A DNA stretch of 64,000 nucleotides from Octopus vulgaris (Eukaryota), in NCBI GenBank assembly GCA_951406725.2, contig OX597816.1, forward strand, positions 178,250,001 through 178,314,000, in the 5' to 3' direction. Below, piece after piece: positions 13,817-26,575 of this stretch (position 1 is its first letter; each line of letters starts with the position of its first letter). Both the position numbers and the translations under genes were made by a program. The notes beneath the pieces were generated by a model. That model saw only the letters and a program-made list of their open reading frames with translations, did not search any database and was not told the origin of the DNA.

Positions 13817-13888
13817 TAGCAGAGCGTAGTTTCGATCTACGGACCTCTGGGTTATGGGCCCAGCACGCTTCCACTGCGCCACTCTGCT
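13817..13888 (-). tRNA. Initiator tRNA-Met (CAT)
   Basis: AGCAGAGTGGCGCAGTGGAAGCGTGCTGGGCCCATAACCCAG...; A1:U72 pair, three G:C pairs in the anticodon stem, ATCG-type T loop, T7 terminator. Confidence 0.97.
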
Positions 13889-15071
13889 CGACAGGTTCAC
13901 ATATGAAAAATTGTTGTATATAATATATACGAGGAAAAACCTTTTCTTCCTTTTTTATGAAAATTAGTATTATGTTTAAAGTTATTATTTTTAGTAATTA
14001 GATAATTCTGGAAAGTAAATATTTCGTTTTATTTATATTTCGTTGATGAAATTCATGGAGAGGCGATGCTTAGATATATTTGGGGTTTTTTTGGCATTTA
14101 CTTCACTCGGCCTTAAAGTTCGTAGAAAATTCGTTTCTTCATGATTTTCAAAGACTCGATCTATTTTGTTGGTTTTTCACATTTTCATTTGCATAAACTA
14201 TGAGATTATTCTATTATGTTAAATACTTTCAAAGACATTTTCTTACGAAACTAAACAACTGAGCCAAGCTCCCCGCATCTTGTTCCATCCTAAAACAAAC
14301 TTCTGCAGTCGTAAGTTCCAAACCAGTTTCTAATATTTATGTTTAATGTTTTTGCTTCGGCGAAACAGATACTAAAAAAAAAACACATTCGTATTGTTAT
14401 ATCTGTTGTAACTTTTCTTTCTTATTTTTACTAATAAAATATTGCCTATACTAATTTCCGTTCCTTTCCGTCGAAATCCTTTTTAAATTAACAAAATTCT
14501 TTTATGACATTTCTGAAAAATAAAATTCAGAAATATTTCTATACAACAAAAGAAAGTGTATTACTTACTGATCTGCCAGTAATAATTATCTTACAGATTT
14601 TTGTTAGCCCTTTAAACAATCTGCCACTGAGTTAATTGCTAAGGATGCAGGTGCCCGCTTCCTAATTGGCATCGGTTGCTTTCAATGAACACAGGATGAC
14701 CAACTTAGAGTAAAACGAAATGAGATTGTGTGACAGTCATACCTTCGTCAAAGGAATCTAAATTGATTACAACCGGGAATCCAAATAGATAGATTTTCTG
14801 TTCTTAGGCCCCGCAACCCTTTACAAATGACTAATTTTCCTACCAAAGACTAATTTAGTTGAAGGTGAAAAAGTCATTCTACTTTTTGACTGCATAAAAT
14901 GCAAATGTATATCGAAACATTTGCAAGCAACAAATGTAAACAGTGAAATCAATCATAATATGAACATGACATTCGATTATGTTTTGCTCTTGCTTCTCAA
15001 TCAGGACTTTATTTAAATGTGGAACTTTCTTGTTGATTGCGATCTGCAGGTCTGTCTGTGGGTTCAAATGA

Positions 15072-15275
15072 TTCTCTTTTACTCTTCTACTTGTTTCAGT
15101 CATTTGACTGCGGCCATGCTGGAGCACCGCCTTTAATCGAGCAACTCGATCCCGGGACTTATTCTTTTGTAAGCCCAGTACTTATTCTATCGGTCTCTTT
15201 TGCCGAACCGCTAAGTAACGGGGACATAAACACACTAGCATGGGTTGTCAAGCAATGCTAGGAGGACAAACACAA

Positions 15276-15344
<69 letters not shown>

Positions 15345-15500
15345 TGCGACGGGCTTCTTTCAGTTTCCGTCTACCAAATCCACTCACAAGGCTTTGGTCG
15401 GCCCGAGGCTATAGTAGAAGACACTTGCCCAAGGTGCCGTGCTGTGGGACTGAACCCGGAACCATGTGGCTGGTAAGCAAGCTACTTACCACACAGCCAC
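15072..15500 (-). mobile_element. SINE family A
   Basis: Near full-length reverse copy. Confidence 0.85.
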
Positions 15501-15892
15501 ACGATTGGCAGAAGTATGTCGTTACAAGTGGAATCAGAACACAATTCTTAATTATAATCTCTTATAAATTCTACACATGTAGAATAATGAAGTTCTTGAG
15601 GTGCTTAATAAAATAAAGTTTTTTTTTAAAAGTTAGTTGATAATTTTATTCTGAAAAGCTATTTTATTGAAATAATAAAATGAACATTTTCGTTCTATGT
15701 CATACTCCCTGAAATCCCCTCTCTTACACCCAAGGAGTGCAGGCTCCCTGTTAGGAACGTCTGAGCTAACTTTAAAAAAACTTGGAGTATGAGATCAAGT
15801 TAGCTAGGTTCTATTTATGTCCAAAAAACATGATGACTACATGTTCACTCTTGTCTTACATACTTTTTCCATGGTTTTTCACAAAAGTTAAC

Positions 15893-16053
15893 CAGGAGTG
15901 GCTGTGTGGTAAGTAGTTTGTCTACCAACCACATGGTTCTGGGTTCAGTCCCACTGCGTGGCACCTTGGGCAAGTGTCTTCTACTATAGCCTCGGGCCAA
16001 CCAATGTCTTGTGAGTGGATTTGGTAGACGGAAACTGAAAGAAGCCCGTCGTA

Positions 16054-16098
<45 letters not shown>

Positions 16099-16298
16099 TT
16101 GTGTGTCTGTGTTTGTCTCCCTAGCATTGCTTGACAACCGATGCTGGTGTGTTTACGTCCCCGTCACTTAGCGGTTCGGCAAAAGAGACGATAGAATAAG
16201 TACTGGGCTTCCAAAGAATAAGTCCTGGGGTTGAGTTGCTCGATTAAAGGCGGTGCTCCAGCATGGCCACAGTCAAATGACTGAAACAAGTAAAAGAA
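15893..16298 (+). mobile_element. SINE family A
   Basis: Near full-length copy ending about 70 bp before the MTERF3 acceptor. Confidence 0.87.
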
Positions 16299-16375
16299 TG
16301 TTTCATGAAATGTTAAAATATTCTATTAAAACATCTTCAAAAAATTTGTCCATTTTCTTTTACAGAAATGAAATA

Positions 16376-17173
16376 ATGCTTTTAAAGCCTTTTCTACAGA
16401 CGTTCAGACAACACCAAACCCTTTTGTTATCCTCTCTTCAACATGTCCGAGCAAAAGAATGCCTATCCTTAGTTTGTCGTTATTGTCATCAAAAAACTGC
16501 AGAGGTCAATACTGGCAAATATGAGAACAGTAAGCCTGTTGAAGATGAAAACAGTAACCAGTTGTCTTCAAATAATTATGAATACTTCAAATCATTTATA
16601 GAAACAGCTGCAGAAAAGAAACTTCAAAACTTTCCTCATTCCGCTCCACTTATTTATGACAAAGGCCATTTTCCTGATGGAAAGCAGTCTTCAACACTGG
16701 CTGCTGCTGCAACAGAAATTGATGAACAAAATAATCTCAGTAAAACAACTGACTTTTTTGAAAAACAGAGAAATGTATTAAAACCTCCTGAAAAATCTAG
16801 TCTTCCCCAGAATGAAACAACTGTTGAACACTATCCAAATGACTCAAGTATCGACAAAGAATCTGATACAGAACAACCTGATGCTAAATTACCCAGTGTT
16901 ACCAAACCTAGCACTGTTTATAGACCCATGTTCATTAGAGAAGAACCAGTTTATAATCTTGCATTTTATGTGAAGGAATCAAAAACATTACAGCGACTCG
17001 TACAGCTGGGTGTTGATCTTTCACATGTTGAAAAAGTGAAAGGCGCTTCAGATCATATTCTTAAGCAAGACTTTGATTCAAATATTCAACCGTATTTGAA
17101 TTTTTTAATGAGCAATGGCGTTTCAGAAAAAGATTTGGGAAATTGTATCACAAAAAATCCTCTACTTTTTCAG
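16376..17173 (+). CDS. MTERF3: Mitochondrial transcription termination factor 3, coding exon 1
   Basis: Acceptor TTTTACAG at 16365; ATG at 16376 starts a presequence-like MLLKPFLQTFRQ; NLAFYVKESKTLQRLVQLGVDL...ITKNP; donor CAG|GTAAAT, phase 0. Confidence 0.9.
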
Positions 17174-18111
17174 GTAAATATTAAAAGCGATTGAGCTTTG
17201 TCTGTTTTATGATGCATGCAGCATTTTTTTTTTTTTTTTTTTTGTTAGAAGAGGCTGTGTCCAGTGCTTATTCAATTTTTATTTATTGTATTATTCTGCT
17301 GCTCTTGGACTGCTTGTCATCACTTCCTTTCCTTTGAACCACTTCTATTGACATTTGTTATCATCTTCCCACCATTCATATTTGCCGTTGACCACTCCTT
17401 CTTCCCCTGTGTTCTCTATTACTTTTACCCCTATCTCTAATGCTAGTCATCTCTCACTCTTCACCCCTTTACTAACCCCCTTCCTTGATCTTCCTCTCTC
17501 CACACTCTCTTCTATTCACCTTCTGTACTCTCTCACTACTATGTTTATTTCTCTGACCTGTTTCATTCCAATTACTCCCACCTACCCTTATATAATGCAT
17601 TATAGCCATAACTATCTCCTCTACTTCAACCAACTCCTTCTTCTTCTTTCTATTATACTTTATCCTGTTAACACCTAGCATAAATTCACCTCCTTGTTAA
17701 ACCATTTTCTTTTTGTTCTTCATAATTGTGGTTTCTTGTCATGTATAATAGCCTGGAGTGTAATGGATTCTGTAATCTTTGCTTGTCTGGGGTTTTTTTT
17801 ACTGTTATATTGAGTAGAGTGATTTAACTTATTGACATGATTAATCTTTTCCTGCTGTGACCACACAATTTGAGAAAGATGTCCAGGGGCAGAGACAGGC
17901 AGAGTTATGTACCTTCCTACAGGCAACCAACATAACTGATGTTTTAAAATTTATTTATTTATTCTAAGGTTCATAAATTTTTATTTAGTATTTCTCGTCA
18001 CTAATGAATATATGACACTTTTCACTCACATCTATTTTTAGGTTCCTTTTGCTTACCGAGAGAATCATTTTTGAAGGTATGGTCAAGGGGGTGAATATTT
18101 ATATAAAATAT

Positions 18112-18265
18112 TGGCGTTAGGAAGGGCATCCAGCTGTAGAAACATTGCCAGATAAGACCGGAGCCTGGTGCAGCCTTCTGGCTTCCCAGATCCCCGGTCG
18201 AACCGTCCAACCCATGCTAGCATGGAGAACGGACGTTAAACGATGATGATGATGATGATGATGAA
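18112..18265 (+). mobile_element. RTE 3' tail fragment with (GAT)n
   Basis: GGCGTTAGGAAGGGCATCC...ACGTTAAACGATGATGAT, same as the tails at 21700 and 31300. Confidence 0.8.
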
Positions 18266-18479
18266 TACTGAGACCATTATATTTAAATGATTCTTGTTTT
18301 GACAAACATTCTGATACTATTTTACATAAACAGTGTGTGTGTATATGTAAGTATGTATGTATATACAATGGCACTCTGTCGGTTACAACATTGGAGTTCC
18401 AGTTGATGTGATAAACAGAACTGCCCCTGCTTGTGAAATTAATGTGCAAGTGGCTGAGCACTTCACAGACCAGCATACC

Positions 18480-18712
18480 TATTTCTTTATTACCCACAAA
18501 GGGGCTAAACACAGAGGGAACAAACAAGGACAGACATAGGTATTAAGTCGATTACATCGACCCCAGTTCGTAACTGGTACTTAATTTATCGACCCCGAAA
18601 GGATGAAAGGCAAAGTCGACCTCGGCGGAATTTGAACTCACAACGTAACGCAGACGAAATACCGTTAAGCATTTCGCCCGGCGTGCTAACGTTTCTGCCA
18701 GCTCGCCGCCTT
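18480..18712 (-). mobile_element. Nin/Deu-domain-type SINE (family B) nested in a family C SINE
   Basis: GGCGGCGAGCTGGCAGAA head, GAGTTCAAATTC B box, GCCTTTCATCCTTTCGGGGTCGATAAATTAAGTACC core; GCATACC duplicated on both sides. Confidence 0.8.
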
Positions 18713-19579
18713 GCATACCCTTAACATGCTTCTCAGGGAGATTCAGCATGTCATACAATGTGTTAAGGCTGACCCTTTGAAATACAGGTACTACTCATAT
18801 TTGCTAGTTGAGTGGACTTACCAAGTATGTATGTCCCATGGAAGTTAATTGTGTGATATTATTTTGGAAACTGAGTTTTGGGGAGTTTTTTTTTCTTTCT
18901 TTTCTCCTTTTGAACCACTTTTATTAACATTTTTCCCTCATTCTTATCTTCCCACCATTCATAATTATCATTGACCACGCCTCCTGTGTTCACTATTCAC
19001 GACTTTTAGCCCTACCCCTATTGCTTATCACCTCTCACTCTTTAGTCCTTTACTTACTCCCTTCTTGATCTTTCAGCATGTTTAACCCATTGTGAGCAGT
19101 TTTGCATTCACTCCCCATGTGACTGCTGGTTACAGAAGGGTTTTATCTTTTCACATCATCTGAAGAAAGATAGGATTCCCAGAACCGAATATTCTGGAGC
19201 AGAAGGCTTGTTAATTTTGGCATGAAGAAGGTCTGCAAAAGTATTCATGACCCCTTGCATATTTTTCGTATTGACTTGATTATTGGATTATTTGATAGCT
19301 TCTTGTCCTACATGTTACATTTAATGTAAACTGACCACAAGATTTTAGGATGAACCTTGAACCTGGTTTGTCAAGTAGGTACACCTGCAGTGAACTTCCA
19401 TTTCAGATACTTTTTATTTAAATTTCTATAACTTGACTTCTCATATATTCACTAAAACAAAAGTTTATACACAGAATGTCAACAGTCCATAGAAATGATG
19501 AGCAAATTTCATAGCTGTCTGTCTTTTGTAAAATAAGTTTTAGTGATTGAAATATAATTTTCACTTTTAATATCCACAA

Positions 19580-19942
19580 GGCGCAGGAGTGGCTGTGTGG
19601 TAAGTAGCTTGTTTACCAACCACATGGTTCCGGGTTCAGTCCCACTGCGTGACACCTTAGGCAAGTGTCTTCTACTATAGCCTCGGGCCGACCAAAGCCT
19701 TGTGAGTGGATTTGGTAGACGGAAACTAAAAGAAGCCCGTCATATATATATATCTATGCGTGTGTGTGTTTGTCCCCCTAGCATTGCTTGACAACCGATG
19801 CTGGTGTGTTTATGTCCCCGTTACTTAGTGGTTCAGCAAAAGAGACCGATAGAATAAGTACTGGGCTTACAAATCGAGTTGCTCGATTAAAGGCGGTGCT
19901 CCAGCATGGCCGCAGTCAAATGCCTGAAACAAGTAAAAGAGA
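19580..19942 (+). mobile_element. SINE family A
   Basis: Full head and tail. Confidence 0.85.
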
Positions 19943-19944
19943 TG

Positions 19945-21834
19945 TAACTAATTAGAGAGAGAGTTAGTTTAGATGAGATGCAGTTTGGGTTTGTGCCAGG
20001 GAAAAGTACCACTGATGCTATATTCCTGGTAAGGCAGCTGCAGGAGAAATACCTAGCCAAAGATAAGCCCCTGTACCTGGCTTTTGCTGACATGGAGAAA
20101 GCCTTCGACAGGGTCCCCCGATCCCTTATCTGGTGGTCAATGAGGAAACTAGGGATAGATGAATGGTTAGTGAGAGCTGTGCAAGCCATGTACAGGGACA
20201 CTAAGTAAGGTGAAGGTTGGCAACGAGTACAGTGAAGAATTCCAGGTAGAGGTAGGGGTCCACCAAGGCTCAGTCCTCAGCCCCCTCCTATTTATCATAG
20301 TCCTCCAGGCAATAACGGAGGAATTCAAGACAGGATGCCCTTGGGAGCTCCTCTATGCTGATGACCTTGCTCTAATTGCTGAGTCGCTATCAGAACTGGA
20401 GGAGAAGTTTCAGGTGTGGAAACAAGGATTAGAATCGAAGGGCCTTAGAGTCAATCTAGCTAAAACCAAAGTCGTAATCAGTAGGAAGGTAGACAAATCA
20501 CAAACGCCTTCAGGTAGATGGCCCTGCTCAATCTGTAGAAAAGGTGTAGGTAGAAACTCTATAAGATGCACCAAGTGTAAGCTATGGACACATAAGATGT
20601 GCAGCAATGTCAAAGGAAGGCTAACTAGGAAGATGGTTTTTGTATGTGGCAGATGCTCAGGAACAATAAACACTGAAAATGCTCAGACCAACTTCCGTCT
20701 CTTTCCAGGGAGAAAAACTAGAAATAGTTGATAGTTTCCATTACCTAGGTGACCAAGTCAGCAGCGGGGGCGGGTGTGCTGAAAGTGTAACTGCTAGAGT
20801 AAGAATAGCTTGGGCAAAGTTCAGAGAGCTCTTACCTCTGCTGGTGACAAAAGGCCTCTCACACAGAGTAAAAGGCAGACTGTATGATGCATGTGTACGA
20901 ACAGCCATGCTACATGGCAGTGAAACATGGGTTGTGACTGCTGAGGATATGCGTAAGCTCGCAAGAAATGAAGCCAGTATGCTCCGATGTATGTGTAATG
21001 TCAGTAGTCATACTCGGCAGAGTGTAAGTACCTTGAGAGAAAAGCTGGACCTAAGAAGCATCAGTTGTGGTGTGCAAGAGAGACGTTTGCACTGGTATGG
21101 GCATGTGGCGAGAATGGATGAAGATAGTTGTGTGAAAAAGTGCCACACCCTAGCGGTTGAGGGAACCTGCGGAAGAGGCAGACCCAGGAAAACCTGGGAC
21201 GAGGTGGTGAAGCACAACCTTCGAACTTTAGGTCTCACTGAGGAAATGACTTGAGACCGAGACCTCTGGAAGTGTGCTGTGCGTGAGAAGACCCGGCAGG
21301 ACAAGTGAGTTCATAACCCATGGCCTTCTACATGGGATGGAGCCAGCCTACGTATGCATACCTTCCCTTCTTGGGACACAAAACTCTACTTGTGAAGACC
21401 TGTTGAGGCAAGTGAGGATCAGAATCGAAATTGATCAATGGAAATTGCAGATGTGTTACCAGTGCCAGTGGCATGTAAGAAAACCATCCGTTCGTGACAA
21501 TTGCCAGCATCGTCCCGTCTGGCCTCGTGCCGGTGGCACGTAAAAAGCACCATCCGTTCGTGTCCGTTGCCAGCCTCGCCTGGCCCCCGTGCCGGTGGCA
21601 CATAAAAAGCACCATCCGTTCGTGACCGTTTGCCAGCTCTGGCACCTGTGCGGGTGGCACGTAAAAAGCACCCACTACACTCACGGAGTGGTTGGCATTA
21701 GGAAGGGCATCCAGCCGTAGAAACACTGCCAGATCTGACTAGGCCTGATGAGCCTTCTGACTTCACAGACCCCAGTTGAACCGTCCAACCCATGCTAGCA
21801 TGGAAAACGGATGCTAAACGATGATGATGATGAC
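19945..21834 (+). mobile_element. 5'-truncated RTE LINE (RT, PHD-like insert, repeat tail), disrupted
   Basis: QFGFVPGKSTTD, DMEKAFDRV, GVHQGSVLSP, LLYADD, YLGD, GSETW, WYGHV, GRGRPRKTW; (GAT)n tail. Confidence 0.93.
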
Positions 21835-22139
21835 AGAACCATGAACTTCCGCAAGTCAGCAAGACAAATAGGAGTTATTTTTTAGACCTGTTAGTATCAA
21901 AAATTAGCATAAAGCCCTAAAATTCCAGGGGATGGGGTATATCTCAGATATCAGAGGACCTGGAAATCTGAGATTTGGCATGACTTAGACATTAGAAAAG
22001 AAGTAATATATCTACCTAGTTTGAAAGAAATCTGAGGTGATCGTCGTGTTTTCTGATTATGTTTGGAATGACCGTGTGTGTGTGTGTATACATATTCATT
22101 TAATATTTGTTTTACTTTGATGTTTTTATTATATTGCAG

Positions 22140-22305
22140 ATTGATGTGAACAGCCTTGAAGCTAACATCAGTTATTTGCAATCAAAAAACTTTTCTCTTG
22201 ATGGAATTGGGCGCATAATTACCATTGCTCCTCGATTTCTTTTGATGTCAGTTTCTGCCTTGGATGGCAAACTTGGATTCTATCAAAATTTTTTCAAGCT
22301 AGCAG
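22140..22305 (+). CDS. MTERF3: MTERF3 coding exon 2
   Basis: TTGCAG|IDVNSLEANISYLQSKNFS...LDGKLGFYQNFFKLA|GTATC; 166 nt, phase 0 to 1. Confidence 0.92.
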
Positions 22306-22379
22306 GTATCTATGAATTTATGAGATGCTGATGTTTAATTTTTTATCATTATTATTAATATTTTTTATTATTATTAATG

Positions 22380-22590
22380 CAGTGAGCTGGCAGAATCATT
22401 AGCATCTGGGGAAAAATGCTTGGGAGCATTTCGTCTCTATGTTCTGAGTCCAAATGCTACTGAGGTCGACTTTGCCTTTCATCTTTTCAGGGTCAATAAA
22501 ATAAGTACCAGCTGAAAACTAGGGTCGATGTAATTGAATTACCCTCTCCCCTGAAGTTGTTGGCCTTGTGCCAAAATTTGAAATCATTAT
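22380..22590 (+). mobile_element. SINE family B
   Basis: Nin-like core; other copies at about 12040, 24730, 38960, 39240, 41980, 42190 and 49445. Confidence 0.72.
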
Positions 22591-22594
22591 TATT

Positions 22595-24270
22595 GGATGG
22601 GACTTTGATCAATTTGGATCAATCTAAAAGCTTCAATAGGGTCAACCACCAATACTTGGCTGCTGTCCTCACGGCAGCCAGTTTCGGTCCCATTTTCCAT
22701 GGCTGGATAGCTTTTGTACAGCAACATTTGCTTGGTAGTTCAGATGAATGAACATCATGTGTTCGCTCCGTCAAGGATGCCCACTCTCATCTCTTCTGTA
22801 TGAACTGGCTTTAGAGCCACTACTGTGGAAATTGGAGGTGTTAAGAGGCATCTCACATGAACTAGGACATGAGAGAACTGTGTCAGACAGCAAGCACAAA
22901 GACCTGGTCTGCACTGCTCTAAAAGAATATGAGGTGGTGACAGGGGCAAAAATTAATGAGGAAAAGTCAGTGGGTTTGCAGCTCAGCACCAGGAGAGGCA
23001 GGTCCATGCCATCCAATAAGGTCACAGGACGCTCGGCAGAAAGACCAGATAAATTTCTCAGGGTCTACTTCAGTCCAGATCTCCAGATGGCAAAGAACTG
23101 GGACAAGGTGATGAGCAGGGTGGTCAATCTCACCCAGAAAAGGGCCAAGAGAAAGTTATCCCTGAAAAGCCAGGCAGAGGTGGCAAATGCACACATCACC
23201 TCCATCATATATCTGACTGTCATGCCTTGCCCCAGTTTACGTCTGACCAGACTGGAGTGTGTATTCCACTGGTCAGGCACTCCATTTGCTGTCAACACTT
23301 GCTGAACAGAGGGTTGGGCACACTGTTGATGCAGAGACATGTGCTGAGGCTGCAACATCTCCAGAGCTTCCTGAACGGTGGTTGCCTTTTGTCAGAGAGC
23401 TTCCCACAGCTTGTCTCTTTGTCAGAGCTGTGGTCCTGGATCAAGTGTAAACCAAAGCGAGGCACCTAGCACCCAGAATGTTGCCAGGTGTTCAGCCACC
23501 TATCAGTCAGGCAATGCAGCCACTGGAAATTCTACTCAGGCTTTCTATAGAGGATTAGTGGCAGGCAAGTGTGTCAGCATTCTTGGGGAAACTCTGGACA
23601 TCAACGACAATGAGCTGGCTGGTTTGTTCTGGAGGATTTTTGAGCTGGGGCCTATGGATAACTTCTAGAAATCCCTGACCTGGCCAGTTCGGGGTAAACT
23701 CTAGACATGGAAGTGCTGTCAGCTGAGCCTTTATGTCAAACACTTGCTGTCACGTGTAGGACAGATCTGGCTCTCAGCTGAGTCCATTGTGAAGATTGCC
23801 CTGCCACCTTTCTTTGACCGAGAAGGGCAAGCAGTGTTACTTTGTCTGGTAGCCTTAGTGAAAGGGGTTGTATGGTGAACCAAATTGAATAGGCTGAAGA
23901 CAAACACTTTCCTCTTCGGCCAAACCCTCGACTTTTTCAAGTTCCAATTGAAAAGGAAAGTGAGTATAGAGAGGGAAGGGTTGCCTCCCAGCAATTTTAT
24001 CAAAAGGTGGGTGAATGTAGTATGAATAGCCCAAGTGAATGGGCCTACTCTAAGCATGAGACTAGATCAAGGTTAGAAGAAGAGGAGAGAGCACTTGCCC
24101 TAGAGATCAGGATGATTGTGGTTTTGTGGGGTTTCCCTCTTTTGAAGTTTTTACTTGTTAATAACTTTTATCATTTTCCTTTGTTTACACATTCTAATTC
24201 CACTTGTTTTGCATTGTCTTGTACCATCCTCAATCTTTTATATGAACCTTCAGTGATTAATAAAGAAAAG
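22595..24270 (+). mobile_element. Decayed L1/Tx1-clade LINE
   Basis: LINLDQSKSFNRVNH, RQGCPLSSLLY, YEVVTGAKINEEKS; multiple stops and frameshifts. Confidence 0.8.
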
Positions 24271-25319
24271 ATTATTATTATTATTGTCATCATTGAGTGT
24301 GGGAGCAGTGCATGCCATCAAAGTGACACAGGGGTACAAATATACGAAGCCCAATATACCCATCATGACTACCCATCTGATAAGGGTACACCAGGCACAT
24401 GCATCATAACCATATGTGCGCAACATGGTGAATTCGTATCAAGATAAGCAACACATGACCTTGCAGGTGGGCCCAGTTGGAATTTTCTTTAGGTCAAGTA
24501 GCCGATCCCACTCAAAAGGTCTCTGAATAAGAGTTGTTTAAGGATATTGAATGAAACACCCATATTTCCAAAGGTGAATTATTGAAACCCCAAAGAATTC
24601 CTCTCGACACATGGCTATGATGCTCCTTCACTACTTCTGCTCATGACCAGAGATGCACATATCGTCAGCAACAAAGTACCAGTCAATTTACCTCCTCCCC
24701 TGTGCCTAGAGCAGAAACAGTTATTATTGGACAGCCAACAGAATCGTTAACCTGCCAGATAAATCGTTAACCTGCCACATAAAATACTGCTTAGCATTTT
24801 GTCTGTATTTATGGTCTGAGTTTAAATTCTTCCAAGGTTGACTTTGCCTTCAGGGTCAATAAAATAAGTACCAGTTGAGCACTGGGGTCGATGTTATTAA
24901 GCCCCCTTCCCTGAAATTTCAGAAAAGATTATTATTATGATATTTCATCCATCTTTACGTTCTGAGTTCAAATTCCACCCCACTGGGGTCTATGTAATCG
25001 ACTTACCCTTCCTCGAACATGCTGGCCTTGTGCCAAAATTTGAAACCATTATTATTATTATTATGGTGGTGGTGGTAAAAGTTACAATAATCCTACATTT
25101 AATAAGCTATGCAAAAAGCTCTGGTGCTGGTGCCTTGTAAAGAGCACTGGTGCTGGGGTCACGTAAAAAGCATTTGGTGACAAGTGCCACGTAAAAAGCA
25201 CTGGTGATAGTGCCACGTAATTAGCACTGGTGATGGTGCCATAAGCACCCAGTATATTCTGTAAACTGGTTGGCATTAGGAAGGGCATCCAGCTGTAGAA
25301 ACCAAGTCAAAACAGACTG

Positions 25320-25810
25320 GTTATATAATCATAAAACTCAGTCCTATTTCATGGATTTCCTATTCATATCAACTCATTTTCGTAGGTTTTCTATTAGATT
25401 TCCATCCAGGAATTGTTCTGGGCACCACAGTACTTAGATGTTCCTGCTTTTAATGAATTCCTTGATTATTCCAGGGGTATTACTTTAGAGTGTCATGCAG
25501 CAAAAATTGACGACTGGCCTAAATGACTTTTGTCATCGGAAAACATAGTCGACTGTAAGATCTTTTGTTCATGAAACCTTTGATCACAAAAAGGGAACAA
25601 TCCTTTTTCCATATATGTAGCCCCAAACCATGATATTGCCACTATGATGTTATGTTGAAGATATCCACAGCATAGTGAGCTAACAGTTACTCAGCATTCA
25701 ACTTCAATAGCAATGGCTCAAAAAAATTCATTTCAGTTAATGAAGTTCTTCAGATTTTCCTCTGAAGAGCAAAATACATCAATGCCTACTTTGTTTTAAA
25801 CAATGTATTC
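25320..25810 (-). mobile_element. Tc1-like transposase remnant
   Basis: Minus strand shows a degenerate HSGNIMVWG (KHGGGxxMVWG) motif. Confidence 0.5.
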
Positions 25811-26099
25811 CTTCTAAATATTGGATTTCTTTGATACTCTCATCTATGCCTTAATCTGTCTAGCCTATCTATCCACCTATCGATCTGTCCACCTGTCTAT
25901 TTATCAATCCACGTATATTTCTATCTCACTGTATCAACCAAACTATCAATTTGTGAGGGATTGTGTTGGGGTGGTGGGGGATAGTTATATGCATGATGTC
26001 CACCTTATAGGAGTGTACATGAGTGCATTGGTGTGTGTCTTGGTCAAACTCTTTTTACCGGGCCCAAGGGCATTGGTGGAAGGTCGAGGCAGGGGACCT

Positions 26100-26575
26100 G
26101 TGGTTATAGTCATGATGGGGCACTCAGGTACGATAGAATGTACTTCCTTTCATGCAGGCAAGGATTAAATACCTCACTGCTGCTATTTAGGCAAACATCC
26201 AGGCATTGGGTACCTTTTAAAATCGCTCTCTTCTCAGTCAGGTATAATTTGCACTTCCTGCTACTATTGAAGTACTTGCATCTCTCTAGGATCTTCCCCT
26301 TTATGCTGTACTCTAGGGCACTTTCCTTCCAAGCCCAGGCATGCTTGGCTAGGGTTGTGCTGTTACAGCTCTCTGGGATGGTGAATGAGGACTAGTGGTT
26401 ATTAAAGCGGGTTCTGAAGGAGCCTTCCGTTGCCCCCACATATATCCGCTCACTCGATTGTCCATTGGGTCTTGTTGCTGTTACTTCTGCCTTGTAAACA
26501 ACTGTTTCCGTATCACATTGGCCATTTAGTGGACCAGTTGTGTTACCCCGACATGAACATCTGCCTCAGTCTCAG
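26100..26575 (-). mobile_element. Penelope-like GIY-YIG remnant
   Basis: CSCRG...PLNGQC...VVYKAEV...IYVGATEGSFRTRFNNH...STTLAKHAW. Confidence 0.82.

Noticed and set aside
16253-16365. ORF-track N-terminal extension of MTERF3
   Set aside because: Begins within a SINE tail and upstream of a clear splice acceptor; intronic
21460-21670. CRISPR-like repeat/spacer appearance
   Set aside because: The 'spacers' are homologous to each other, the array is an RTE 3' UTR, the context is eukaryotic and there are no cas genes
21746-21760. CTGATGAG hammerhead-like core
   Set aside because: Variant of the RTE tail sequence (CTGATGCAG in another copy) with no matching GAAA or stems
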